Shown piece by piece: positions 17,957 through 27,814 of a stretch of DNA of 64,000 bases. The first letter of the stretch is position 1. Every line of letters starts with the position of its first letter. The position numbers were made by a program, and so were the translations under genes. The notes below the pieces were generated by a model. The model saw only the letters and a program-made list of their open reading frames with translations, was not told the DNA's origin and ran no database searches. Where the stretch lies: positions 10,462 to 74,461 of IMG/VR virus record IMGVR_UViG_3300021400_000049, one strand, 5' to 3'. This DNA comes from a virus (lineage: Duplodnaviria > Caudoviricetes).

Positions 17957-18184
17957 GTGAGAAATTGTATGGGAGAGCTTTTAACTTTTGAAAGAGGATG
18001 TAATCATTGTGAGAATTTAGTAAGAGTAGGTAAGAATACATATGTTTGTAATGCTAGGGCACATATGGACGACACAGATGTAGTTCCGATAATAGATGGC
18101 AAACATACAGAAGATTGGAATATTTGTAATGGTGAAGATTATCATTATTTTAGAACATTAAAGCTACACACAACTGCAAACTGA
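17957..18184 (+). CDS. Small Cys-rich hypothetical protein
   Basis: CNHC...C...C pattern. Confidence 0.45.
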   Translation: MRNCMGELLTFERGCNHCENLVRVGKNTYVCNARAHMDDTDVVPIIDGKHTEDWNICNGEDYHYFRTLKLHTTAN

Positions 18185-18195
18185 AAGGAGAAGTC

Positions 18196-18693
18196 ATGGT
18201 AAATAATGAGTTGTTAAATAAGATAGAAGAAAATTCGGCTGAAATAGACCAGACAGTAAAAGATATTATCGAAAAATATTCGGGTGAGCTTGATGATTAT
18301 ATGAATTTTATCAGAGGTATTCTTAGAAATGATGAGCAACCACCTACAGATGCAGAGCTTGATGATTTTGCACTTAACCTTTCCACTATGATTTATTACA
18401 CAAGTGTTGGTGCTGAGCAAATGGGAATAAGAGATGATATATCAAGTTCAGCATATAAAGAAGCGTACAATGTTGCCCGCTCTTTACAGAAGTCTGGTAC
18501 AGTAGCAGATAAAAATACACAGGCTGAACTCGATGCTATGGCAGAAAAAGTCATAAGCATAGTTTACAGTAAAGCCTATCGTATTCTTAAAGCTAAAGTA
18601 GAGTCAGCACAGGAAGTGCTTTCATCAGTTAAGAAAATCATTTCTAGGCGTATGAACGAGTACGAGCTTTCACGAATGAATATGAATAACTAA
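18196..18693 (+). CDS. Helical protein, possible UvsY-like recombination mediator
   Basis: All-helical, about 165 aa, directly upstream of recA; inferred from context. Confidence 0.35.
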   Translation: MVNNELLNKIEENSAEIDQTVKDIIEKYSGELDDYMNFIRGILRNDEQPPTDAELDDFALNLSTMIYYTSVGAEQMGIRDDISSSAYKEAYNVARSLQKSGTVADKNTQAELDAMAEKVISIVYSKAYRILKAKVESAQEVLSSVKKIISRRMNEYELSRMNMNN

Positions 18694-18704
18694 GGAGGAG
18701 TACG

Positions 18705-19745
18705 ATGGCTAAAGATAAATCAATGTCACTTGATGAAATAATCAAGAAGATAAATAAAGATGCGGGTTCAAATATTGTTGGTTATGGTATTCCTAAGAAA
18801 GAATGTACTAGAATACCATTTACTTCACCTCGTATGAACTATTGTACTTATGGGGGAATACCTACTGGTAGACTGATTGAGTTCTTTGGGGAGGAGCATG
18901 GTGGTAAAACGAGCAGTGCATTAGATATTGTAGGTAACTATCAGAGAATGGAAACAGGAAAGAAAGTAGCTTACTTTGATAGTGAGAACACACTTGAACC
19001 AGAATGGGCTGCAAAACTTGGTGTAGATTTAGATAATCTTATTTTATTGCAGCCGGAATCTCAGAGTGCGGAAGATATATTACAGTATATTTTAGAGATG
19101 ATGGACACAGGAGAGGTAGGATTAGTTATCTTAGATAGTATTGCCGCTATGGTATCAGCACAAGAAATGGATAAAACTGTAGCAGATAAAACGTATGCCG
19201 GAATATCTATGCCACTTACTGTGTTTGGTAGAAAAGCTGAGATGTTGTGTCATAAATATAATTGTACTGTAATAGGAATAAATCAGATACGAGATGATTT
19301 ATCAGCTATGTATGGCGGTGCAATAAAGACACCTGGTGGTAGAGCATGGAAACACCTATGCAGTGTTCGTATGCAGTTTATGAGAGGTAGCTTTATTGAT
19401 GAAAAGGGTAATGAGATTAAGAGAAGCTCAGAAAGTCCTGCAGGTAATAAAGTTCTTATGACAATGGTGAAGAATAAGACTTGTCCTGCAAATAGAAGAG
19501 GCGGTTATTATACACTTGACTATGCTAATGGAATAGATTACTTAGCAGACCTCATAGAAGTAGCTCTTAGATATAATCTGATAGTACAAAAGGGAGCATG
19601 GTTCTCGATAATAGATCCCGATAATGGAGATATATTAGCTGATAAGATACAAGGTATTGCTAATGTAAAAGAGTTCTTTATGGATGAGGCGAATGAAGAA
19701 ATACTCACATTCGTAGAAAAATATATAGATAGTAAAATACAGTAA
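18705..19745 (+). CDS. recA: RecA recombinase
   Basis: GGIPTGRLIEFFGEEHGGKT; LVILDSIAA; INQIR; TPGGRAWKH. Confidence 0.92.
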   Translation: MAKDKSMSLDEIIKKINKDAGSNIVGYGIPKKECTRIPFTSPRMNYCTYGGIPTGRLIEFFGEEHGGKTSSALDIVGNYQRMETGKKVAYFDSENTLEPEWAAKLGVDLDNLILLQPESQSAEDILQYILEMMDTGEVGLVILDSIAAMVSAQEMDKTVADKTYAGISMPLTVFGRKAEMLCHKYNCTVIGINQIRDDLSAMYGGAIKTPGGRAWKHLCSVRMQFMRGSFIDEKGNEIKRSSESPAGNKVLMTMVKNKTCPANRRGGYYTLDYANGIDYLADLIEVALRYNLIVQKGAWFSIIDPDNGDILADKIQGIANVKEFFMDEANEEILTFVEKYIDSKIQ

Positions 19746-19751
19746 ATATTT

Positions 19752-19783
19752 AGCGGGAACTTATCAGTTCCCGCTTTACTTTT
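19752..19783 (+). terminator. Intrinsic terminator after recA, overlapping the next promoter
   Basis: AGCGGGAAC-TTATCA-GTTCCCGCT followed by TTACTTTT. Confidence 0.65.
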
Positions 19784-19840
19784 ATATAAACGTGTTATAG
19801 AATGTTTATATAAAAAATACGCACAAATGAAAGGAGATAA

Positions 19841-20005
19841 ATGAAACAGTTATTAGAGCAGTGGTCTGGTAAGTTTGAAATCAACGGGGAAATAGATGTC
19901 AACTTAGACAAGCTGAATGTAAAAGATGGAGAAGAGTTTAGTGTAAGACTCATACCTAAAAACAGAGAGGTAGATGATGGAGAAGATTTATTGTCAGCCT
20001 ACTGA
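19841..20005 (+). CDS. Small hypothetical protein (54 aa; not in ORF track)
   Basis: GAAAGGAG RBS then ATG; open to TGA at 20003. Confidence 0.5.
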   Translation: MKQLLEQWSGKFEINGEIDVNLDKLNVKDGEEFSVRLIPKNREVDDGEDLLSAY

Positions 20006-20189
20006 CTGTGAGAATTGTGCTTATGCAGATTGTATAGGTACAATTAGAAAGAAAAGAGGAAGAAAGCCATTACCACCTGAAGTTTTGCATCAGCATAGAT
20101 TAGAGCAGAACAGACGGTATCAAGAACAACACAGAGATGAAATAAGAAAAAAGAATAGGGAGAGATACCATGCGAAAAAGAATAGCTGA
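19974..20189 (+). CDS. Small basic protein with CxxCxxC and AT-hook-like KRGRKP
   Basis: Sequence motifs in the translation. Confidence 0.45.
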   Translation: MMEKIYCQPTDCENCAYADCIGTIRKKRGRKPLPPEVLHQHRLEQNRRYQEQHRDEIRKKNRERYHAKKNS

Positions 20190-20706
20190 GATGTTAGTCC
20201 TAGCATCCTTTTTAGCTATTTTTGCAGTCACTAATAGAAATAGTCAAGAAGATAAAGACGAGAGCATACAGGCACAAGAAATTGAAGATACAGAGACTTA
20301 TTATATGTTGCATCACGAAGATTTTAGAGAAGAAATAGAGGAAGTTAGAAATGAGGTGATGTATGGTGAAGTTGAGTTACTAGCTATATTGATTCAAGCA
20401 GAAGCGGGCAATCAAGATGAACTTGGTAAAAGATATGTAGCAGATGTGGTATTGAATCGAGTAGACAGTAAACAGTTTCCAGATACTATTGAAGAGGTAA
20501 TAAATCAAGATAATCAATTCTCAGTAATATTAGATGGTGCATATGATAAAGCTGAGTGGACAGTGTGTGAAGATTGTTTTACAATCGCACTAGATGAATA
20601 TACAGGACCAAGAAAGAATACAGAGATATTGTATTTTACAAGTGGTGAGTATAATAGTTCAGGAATACCAGCGTTTAAATATGGCAGTCATTATTTCAGT
20701 AAGTAA
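20170..20706 (+). CDS. Cell wall hydrolase, SleB/Hydrolase_2 family, N-terminal membrane anchor
   Basis: LLAILIQAEAG; VADVVLNRV...FPDTIEEVINQDNQFS; YGSHYF. Confidence 0.85.
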   Translation: MRKRIAEMLVLASFLAIFAVTNRNSQEDKDESIQAQEIEDTETYYMLHHEDFREEIEEVRNEVMYGEVELLAILIQAEAGNQDELGKRYVADVVLNRVDSKQFPDTIEEVINQDNQFSVILDGAYDKAEWTVCEDCFTIALDEYTGPRKNTEILYFTSGEYNSSGIPAFKYGSHYFSK

Positions 20707-20725
20707 GAGAAAAGGAGCTAACAAA

Positions 20726-21235
20726 ATGAATGTAGGTTATAAGGATATTAACACGGTAGATGCCGCAAGGATGTTGAAAGTAGATAAATCATCAATAGTA
20801 TATTGGTGTACTAACAATTACATCAATTATACAAATGTTAGTGACGGCATACATAAGAAAAGATACTTAATTTCTGAGGAAGAAATAGATTATATTAAGA
20901 GTCTTATCAAGGAGCATGGCAAAAGAAACTGGCGTAAGTTTTACGACAAAGATTGGAATAAGAAGGAGAAGAAACCAATGAACGTCATTACATCAGATGA
21001 AGCCATGTTTATTGAAGAAGTTAGGGAGAAAGAAGAAAAAGAGAATAAGCCAGCTACTAATAATAAGGTAGATATAGATAGTGTAGCAATAACTATTGGT
21101 TATATACAGGACATCAAAGAGCGACTAAAAGACTTAGAGGCAGAGAAGGCACAGTTGCTTAACGAATACTCTCAGCTTAAACAGGAAGTAATTAGCGCAA
21201 TATCATTGGACAATGATTTAGAAAGTAAGGAATGA
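20726..21235 (+). CDS. Helix-turn-helix protein (excisionase/MerR-like N-terminus, coiled-coil C-terminus)
   Basis: TVDAARMLKVDKSSIVYWC. Confidence 0.55.
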   Translation: MNVGYKDINTVDAARMLKVDKSSIVYWCTNNYINYTNVSDGIHKKRYLISEEEIDYIKSLIKEHGKRNWRKFYDKDWNKKEKKPMNVITSDEAMFIEEVREKEEKENKPATNNKVDIDSVAITIGYIQDIKERLKDLEAEKAQLLNEYSQLKQEVISAISLDNDLESKE

Positions 21236-21236
21236 T

Positions 21237-24025
21237 ATGGAAATGACGATTGATGAAGCTATTAGGTATTATGAAGATAAAAATGTTGTTCTTACCGAAG
21301 AAGAAGCATTAGCTAATACTGTAGCAATAGAAACCATGAAGAAATATCAGCATATAGAGGATGTAATGAAGGACTATCGTAGTAATCCTATAGACTGTTT
21401 GTTTAGGATACATAGAATATTAGAGGGGTGAGATATGGCAGATATAGAATTAGTAATTAAAATACCAGAGGATGAATATAACATAGCAAAATACGGTCAA
21501 TATGGAAACATAAATGTTAATGTTGTTAGAAAAGCAATAGCAAACGGCACACCACTTCCTAAAGGGCATGGAAGATTGTTTGACGAACGAGATATTGTTA
21601 GTAGTAACTATGAGGTTATTGGTAATAGAATATATGAATTAGAGCCAATCATAGAAGCAGATAGGGAAGAAAAGGAGAATAAAAATGCGTGATTATTTAC
21701 CAGAAATTATATCCATCATTGTGATTATATCAGTAGCTGCCGCAATTATCTTTGGAGTATATAAAGCTGGAATAAAACGAGATGACAAACTTTGGAATGA
21801 TGGTCATTGTGACGTTTGTGGAGGCACTTGGAAGTATGAACAGTCAGTAGGGCATAGGTATTCTACAACATATATTTATGTTTGTGAAGACTGTGGTAAG
21901 AGGATAGAACTTAATGAGGTGAGATGAATGACAAGAGAAGAAGCAATTAAAAGATTAAATCTTATTCTTGAAACTAACAAAATGACACTTAATGGATTTA
22001 ATACACCACATGAGCCGTTAGAAAAAGAAATTGAAGCCCTTGATATGGCAATCAAAGCATTAGAGCAAAAGCCAAGAGAAGGGAAATGGATTTCAAAACC
22101 TAATGTATATGGAGTAACGTACTGTTCAGAGTGCGATTTTGAATTAAAGATAGATGATACTAATTATTGCCCTAAATGCGGTTGCCGTATGATTGAGCCA
22201 CAGGAAAGTGAGGATAAGGAATGATTACAGATGCTATTATTCCATACGAAGATATAGATGAAGAAATTATAGATTTATGCAGAGCATTTAATGACATTGA
22301 TGGGATTGAAACAGTAGAAAGTTGTTGTGGACACGGAAAAGAAACTTGCAAAATATGGTTTATAGTAAGAGATATTAAAACATTGAGCAGATTATGTTTC
22401 CATTGTTTTAATCACGAAGATTTTTGGAAAATTCAAGTTGATTTGGGCGACCCACATAGGGATTGGAATGAATTACATTTTTGTTTAATATCAAAAAGAA
22501 TTTGTAAGCAATCTGATTTTGACAAACTTGCTGACAGGATAAATCAAAGAAAAAAAGATATGTTGTATTCTGATGATGAATGGAAAAGTTTTCGGTACTT
22601 TGAAATTCAAGAAAATGCAATTAAAGAACTTTCAGAAAAAGAAAATTATTCGACAGTTTATGTTTGTTAAGATAAGGAGAGGTAGAAGATGGGCGAACAT
22701 GATGAACATATTGCTTTTGAAATGGGGTATGACAAAGGCTTTAAAGATGGCATAAAAGGCTCAATCCCAAAAGCCGACTACGAAAATCGCTTAAAGGCTG
22801 ATTTAAAGGCTATTCTTGTTGAGTTGCAGTTGGAGATTGAGGAAAATGGCATTGTAGATTTTGAGGAAACCTATGTTGATGATGGAGAATGTATTATTTC
22901 TGTTAGTGAGTGTAATAGGCTTATTCAAGAGAAAATCAACGCACTAAAAGGAGATGCAGATGAAACCTAAACTATTGTTGCCCTTCGTATTATTGTTTGT
23001 GCTTACAGGTTGTTCAGAAGTAGAAAGTAAGTACATTGTGGACTACAGGTATAATGCACCAAGAACAGATGTAGTGACTGATTATAAGTATGAATGGAAT
23101 TGGCATGAGGATGAATATCAATTAGTGCCTGATACTCACACAAAATATGTACCAGAATCTTATGAGCTGATGTGGGAAATCAGATACGATAATGGTCACA
23201 TATCAAGAGATTGGGAATCATGTACCAGATATGAGTATGAAAATGCGAAAAAGGAGTTGGGAGATGAGTGAGAAAGTTAGAGCCGAGAAATCTTTGAAAG
23301 AGAAAGGACTTATTTAGATGTGTATTGTAGCGATAGTATCTGGTTTATGTTTAGTGTCTTATGTAATTGGTTATAAGATAGGATATTCTGACTGTTTTAA
23401 ATACTTAAAACAAAAGTTAGAGGAGTATAAACATGCCAAAGAAATGTGAGACTTGTAAATATGCAGTTATAGGTAAGTATAGTCATTTATATGGTGGTAG
23501 ACCTATAGGTTGTGCATATCCAAATGATGGTAAATATAGGCATTGTAGGAAAGAAGCTGATAATATTAGGGGGATAAAAGTAAAATGAAATATGAAAGGT
23601 TAAATGTTTTAAAACAAAAGAGTATTAGCGAATATATGTCCGATGATTGTATTCAAGATGTCGCCAACCTTTTAAAATCAAAAGGTGGTAATAGAAGTCA
23701 GAGAAGAAGATTGGAGAAGTCTTTAAATAAAGTCGAGAACGTATTATCCCATGCTCAGAGAAGGGTAGATGATTCAGCATATAGGGAGTATCAAAAGGCC
23801 GTAGATAGAAATTATGTGCATTTCTTTTCATGCCTAGCACTGACAATGATAGAAGATTATGGTTGGCAAGAAACTGAGAATAATGACCACGGGCAAATAA
23901 CATCTTTATTAGAAAGAGTGGATAAAAAGATAAAGAAGTACGCAGATTTAGGATATACTACAGAAGATTTAACCAAAAAGCTAGATGATATTACAGGAAT
24001 ATTATTAGTGCCAGATGAGCATTAA
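21237..24025 (+). other. Run of short accessory ORFs (zinc ribbons 21685-21927 and 21928-22224, lipoprotein 22954-23271, others)
   Basis: Coupled ORFs with RBSs; CxxC pairs; lipobox LTGC. Confidence 0.6.
22221..22670 (+). CDS. Hypothetical protein with a TYW3-like N-terminal motif
   Basis: DIDEEIIDLCRAFNDIDGIETVESCCGH resembles the TYW3 D..I..L...IN.....TTSSCSG pattern. Confidence 0.3.
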   Translation: MITDAIIPYEDIDEEIIDLCRAFNDIDGIETVESCCGHGKETCKIWFIVRDIKTLSRLCFHCFNHEDFWKIQVDLGDPHRDWNELHFCLISKRICKQSDFDKLADRINQRKKDMLYSDDEWKSFRYFEIQENAIKELSEKENYSTVYVC

Positions 24026-24037
24026 AAGAGGTTAGCT

Positions 24038-24406
24038 ATGCAAACAATCAAAGAGAAGATAAGACAAAGAAGAAGGCAGATGTTAGTTCATTCTTATATA
24101 TACTATGAGCTAAATGAGAATATAGTAAGTGATGCACAGTGGGCTAAATGGGCTAAAGAATTACAAGAGTTACAAGAAAAATATCCTAAAGAGTCAGCAG
24201 AAGTGGAGGAATATGAACAGTTTAAGGACTGGGATGGTAGTTCAGGTGCATTTTTAAATTTTGGAGAAAACACAAAGACCGTCGCAAAAATTCTTTTAGA
24301 TATGAAATCAGGAAGTAAAATCTCAAATTCTACTATTTTAATTTACCATTCTGAGAAAAAATCTCAAAATACAAAAGTTAAATCAAATACAAGGAGTTTA
24401 TTTTAA
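24038..24406 (+). CDS. Stand-alone NAD-dependent DNA ligase N-terminal (domain Ia-like) protein
   Basis: HSYIYYELNENIVSDAQW...ELQELQ; no KxDG adenylation motif. Confidence 0.6.
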   Translation: MQTIKEKIRQRRRQMLVHSYIYYELNENIVSDAQWAKWAKELQELQEKYPKESAEVEEYEQFKDWDGSSGAFLNFGENTKTVAKILLDMKSGSKISNSTILIYHSEKKSQNTKVKSNTRSLF

Positions 24407-24505
24407 ACGTATTGACTTTTACGTTGCATTACTGTAATATTGATATTGTAAATGATATATAACACGTTTAAAACGATATGAACGAGAAAAAGGAGAAAAA
24501 ACGAG

Positions 24506-24790
24506 ATGACACTATTAGAATTACAGGATGTATTAGGAGACAGAATTAAAGTAGCTTTAAAAGAGAACATGACACCAGAACAGAGGCAGACAGAGAATGA
24601 GCAGTCAGCATTGATTGTAGGCTTAGCAAAGCAGATGATTAACAATGGAGACCTTATTCTCAGAACAGAGAAACTTGCCGCTCAGACAAAATCACTTTCA
24701 GAGTCAGCCGCTATGAAGCTGATAACAGGCAGATTGATAGACGAGCAGAAGAAAGTAGAATCGGCTATTGAGAATGTAGTGGAGAAGTGA
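24506..24790 (+). CDS. Hypothetical helical protein preceding the HNH gene
   Basis: Own promoter TTGACT-17-TAATAT (24412-24440) and AAGGAG RBS. Confidence 0.55.
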   Translation: MTLLELQDVLGDRIKVALKENMTPEQRQTENEQSALIVGLAKQMINNGDLILRTEKLAAQTKSLSESAAMKLITGRLIDEQKKVESAIENVVEK

Positions 24791-24791
24791 T

Positions 24792-25478
24792 ATGAGCAGA
24801 GAGTATACGGAAGAGCAGATAGAGTGGATAAAGGGTAACAGAAGCGGTCATTCTTATCAGGAATTAACTGAGCTGTTTAATGAGCGTTTTGGCACAAACA
24901 GAACATTTAATGGTATAAAGACAATGTGTACTCATAGACTTCATGTCTGTGATACACATGAGCCCTATACAAAAGAACAGGATGAATGGTTAATCGAAAA
25001 TGCTTTGAAGTATAACAATTATGCAGAAGTTGCCGAAGAGTTTAATAAGCTCTTCGGCACAAATAAAGTTGATAGAGGTGTTCAGTCTCATTGTGTTAGA
25101 GTATTGAACATAATATCAGGCAGACAGTCAAAAGCTCCTAGTGGTTGGAATAAGCAGCCTATAGGCGCAGAGTTGCTTACTAAAGAAGGTTATACTTTAG
25201 TAAAAATAAATGACACAGGCATTAAGAATAAAGACTGGATAACTAAACAAAGATATATCTACGAACAACACTACGGTAAGATAGGCGACACTGATATAGT
25301 AGTATTCTTAGACGGAGATAAATCAAATTATTCTTTAGATAATCTTGAGGCTATACCTAGAGCTATAAGTTTAAGAATAAACGCTAATAAATGGAATCAT
25401 CCTAATAAAGAGTTCACTTTAGCCGCTATAAGATGGTGTGAGTTGTATTATGTGTTGAAAGCGCAAGGCGCTATTTGA
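24792..25478 (+). CDS. HNH endonuclease with two N-terminal HTH-like repeats
   Basis: Repeats YTEEQ..W / YTKEQDEW; KQRYIYE...VVFLDGDKSN...DNL. Confidence 0.75.
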   Translation: MSREYTEEQIEWIKGNRSGHSYQELTELFNERFGTNRTFNGIKTMCTHRLHVCDTHEPYTKEQDEWLIENALKYNNYAEVAEEFNKLFGTNKVDRGVQSHCVRVLNIISGRQSKAPSGWNKQPIGAELLTKEGYTLVKINDTGIKNKDWITKQRYIYEQHYGKIGDTDIVVFLDGDKSNYSLDNLEAIPRAISLRINANKWNHPNKEFTLAAIRWCELYYVLKAQGAI

Positions 25479-25493
25479 AAGGAGAATTAAGAA

Positions 25494-25796
25494 ATGGAAA
25501 ACGCAGTAACAAACAATGTAGTATTAGACAAGAAGTTAGATGGATATTCAATCGAGATGAATAACTATATAGCTCCTCAGGAAATCACAGTTACCATTAC
25601 TCTTGCAGAGTATAGAGAACTGGTGAAGAAAGTAGCAACAAGAGATGCAGATGTTGATAGGGCTAATGCTGACAAATGGAAGAGAGAGGATGAGAACAGT
25701 AAGCTCAAAGCGGAAGTAGCTGAACTTAAGGCGAAGCTCTATGAATTACAGAATAACATGAATGATGCTAAGGAAGAAAAGTCAGATGAGGCCTAA
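25494..25796 (+). CDS. Coiled-coil hypothetical protein
   Basis: GAAAGGAG RBS; heptad pattern. Confidence 0.55.
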   Translation: MENAVTNNVVLDKKLDGYSIEMNNYIAPQEITVTITLAEYRELVKKVATRDADVDRANADKWKREDENSKLKAEVAELKAKLYELQNNMNDAKEEKSDEA

Positions 25797-26133
25797 GAAT
25801 TTTTCTACAAGATTTTATAGCTCTCGTCAAGAGAAGCGTGTGGCGAAAGCAGTAAATGGTAAACAAGTGGCAAACTCTGGTGCACCTATATTTGTGGCAG
25901 GTGATGTAAGAAATGACCTCTTCTTATTAGAATGTAAGACACATACAGAGTTCCGTGAAAACTTTACAGTAAAGCATAGCTGGATAGAAAAGAACAGAGA
26001 AGAAGCATTTCAGATGGGCAAAAGATACTCAGCACTCGTTTTAGATTGGGGCGATGGAGAAAATCATTATCTTATTGATGAGAGGTTGTTTCAAGAGTTG
26101 TTAGAGCATTTAAGAGAGGTGAATAAAGAATGA
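25786..26133 (+). CDS. PD-(D/E)XK nuclease, Holliday-junction-resolvase-like
   Basis: QEKRVA...SGA...GDV...LLECKT. Confidence 0.65.
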   Translation: MRPKNFSTRFYSSRQEKRVAKAVNGKQVANSGAPIFVAGDVRNDLFLLECKTHTEFRENFTVKHSWIEKNREEAFQMGKRYSALVLDWGDGENHYLIDERLFQELLEHLREVNKE

Positions 26134-26405
26134 CATTCCGAGAAGAGGAGAGAATAAAAAGAAATAGATTGATATTTGAAGATTTAGATATAGGCGACGT
26201 ATTTACTCCATTGGGTGCAAAATATTGTGATGTAAAGTTCGTTAAATTGAGTAATCTTAAAGAAGAGGATAAGCCGATACCAAAGAGACTGCCAAATGCA
26301 ATAGCATTATACAACACTCATTATATTGTATTTCCGCAGAAATATCGGGTTAAGAAAGTAAAGTCAATCACAGACAAATTTACTGAGGATGAAGATGAAA
26401 ATTGA
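26130..26405 (+). CDS. Hypothetical protein
   Basis: Coupled ORF with GAGGTG RBS. Confidence 0.5.
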   Translation: MTFREEERIKRNRLIFEDLDIGDVFTPLGAKYCDVKFVKLSNLKEEDKPIPKRLPNAIALYNTHYIVFPQKYRVKKVKSITDKFTEDEDEN

Positions 26406-26531
26406 TATTTTAGAGTATTTAAAAGAAGAGGAGAAAAAGAAAAGAGAACGGGAAATACAACTATATGAGGAACTAGAGTATATGTATGAGTGTGGATTAT
26501 ATAATCCACATGAAGATGCGGGAGATAGAAT

Positions 26532-26747
26532 ATGAATAAAACTCAGTTAGTAAGAGAACATCTTTTAAAACATGGCAGTATTACTTCTTGGGATGCCATA
26601 AATCTTTATGGCGAAACAAGATTATCTGATGTAATATTAAAACTCAGACAAAAAGGCTGGGACATAAGAACTATTATGGTAGAATTTACAGATAGATATG
26701 GTAATGTTGGTACTTATGCAAATTATGTATATAAAGGAGATAAGTAA
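26532..26747 (+). CDS. Small winged-HTH protein
   Basis: HLLKHGSITSWDAINLYGETRLSDVILKLRQKG. Confidence 0.7.
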   Translation: MNKTQLVREHLLKHGSITSWDAINLYGETRLSDVILKLRQKGWDIRTIMVEFTDRYGNVGTYANYVYKGDK

Positions 26748-27814
26748 TGGAAAAATCATTGGCTATCAAATATAGACCTCACTGTTGGGAGGATGTAATT
26801 GAACAGGATGCAGTAAAGATTATTTTAAAACAACAGTTAAAAAGCGGTAGTGTTCATCAAGCTATGTTATTCTGTGGACCATCTGGTGACGGCAAGACAA
26901 CAACTGCGAGAATACTTGCAAACGAGCTGAACAAAGGTAAAGGTAATGCTATAGAGATGGATGCAGCCAGCCATAATAGTGTAGATGATGTCAGAGAGAT
27001 TATAAAAATGGCAAGCTCAAAGACTATTGATGGCTCAGAATATAAAGTATTTATCATTGATGAGTGCCATTCACTTTCAAATACTGGTTGGCAAGCATTT
27101 CTGAAATGTATAGAAGAACCGCCAGCTAAAGTGGTGTTTATCTTCTGTACAACTGATCCTCAAAAACTTCCTGCTACAATTCTGAGCAGAGTACAGAGAT
27201 TTCAGTTTCAGAAAGTAAGTACAGACGGCATATTTAAGAGATTGGTACATATACTGTCAAAAGAATATCCATCAAAAATATCTGAGAATGATGTGGGTAC
27301 AAAAGTAGACCGAGATGCTCTAATGTTTATAGCTAAGTTAGCAGATGGCGGTATGAGATTAGCTATTCAGTATCTTGAAAAATGCTTGGCATATAGTGAT
27401 GAACTTACAGTAGAAAATGTGGTAAAAGCTCTTAATGTCACAAATTATGATGATTATATAGGCATAACTAATCTTTTATTTGATCCTAGTGACAGAGCTA
27501 GTCTAATTACAAGATTAGATGAAATTTATGCGTCAGGAGTAGATTTTAAGCAGTTTTTAAAGCAGTATGTATCATTTATATTAGATGTAAATAAAGCGTT
27601 GATTTTAGACGACCTTGATGATGCATTTCAGTATATCAATCTGCCAAGAACAAGTGAGATTGAGACGTGGCTAACTACCATTTTAGAACATGGAGATTTA
27701 GAGTTCTTCAACAAACTACTTTCCCATTTAGTAAAACTTGACGGTGATGTGAAATATTCACAGAGCCCTAAAGTCGATATTGAAGCAGGTATATTATTGT
27801 TTGAGGTGAAATGA
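26747..27814 (+). CDS. dnaX: Clamp loader ATPase, Pol III gamma/tau-like
   Basis: LAIKYRP; GPSGDGKT; IIDECH; TILSRV; GGMRLA. Confidence 0.9.
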   Translation: MEKSLAIKYRPHCWEDVIEQDAVKIILKQQLKSGSVHQAMLFCGPSGDGKTTTARILANELNKGKGNAIEMDAASHNSVDDVREIIKMASSKTIDGSEYKVFIIDECHSLSNTGWQAFLKCIEEPPAKVVFIFCTTDPQKLPATILSRVQRFQFQKVSTDGIFKRLVHILSKEYPSKISENDVGTKVDRDALMFIAKLADGGMRLAIQYLEKCLAYSDELTVENVVKALNVTNYDDYIGITNLLFDPSDRASLITRLDEIYASGVDFKQFLKQYVSFILDVNKALILDDLDDAFQYINLPRTSEIETWLTTILEHGDLEFFNKLLSHLVKLDGDVKYSQSPKVDIEAGILLFEVK

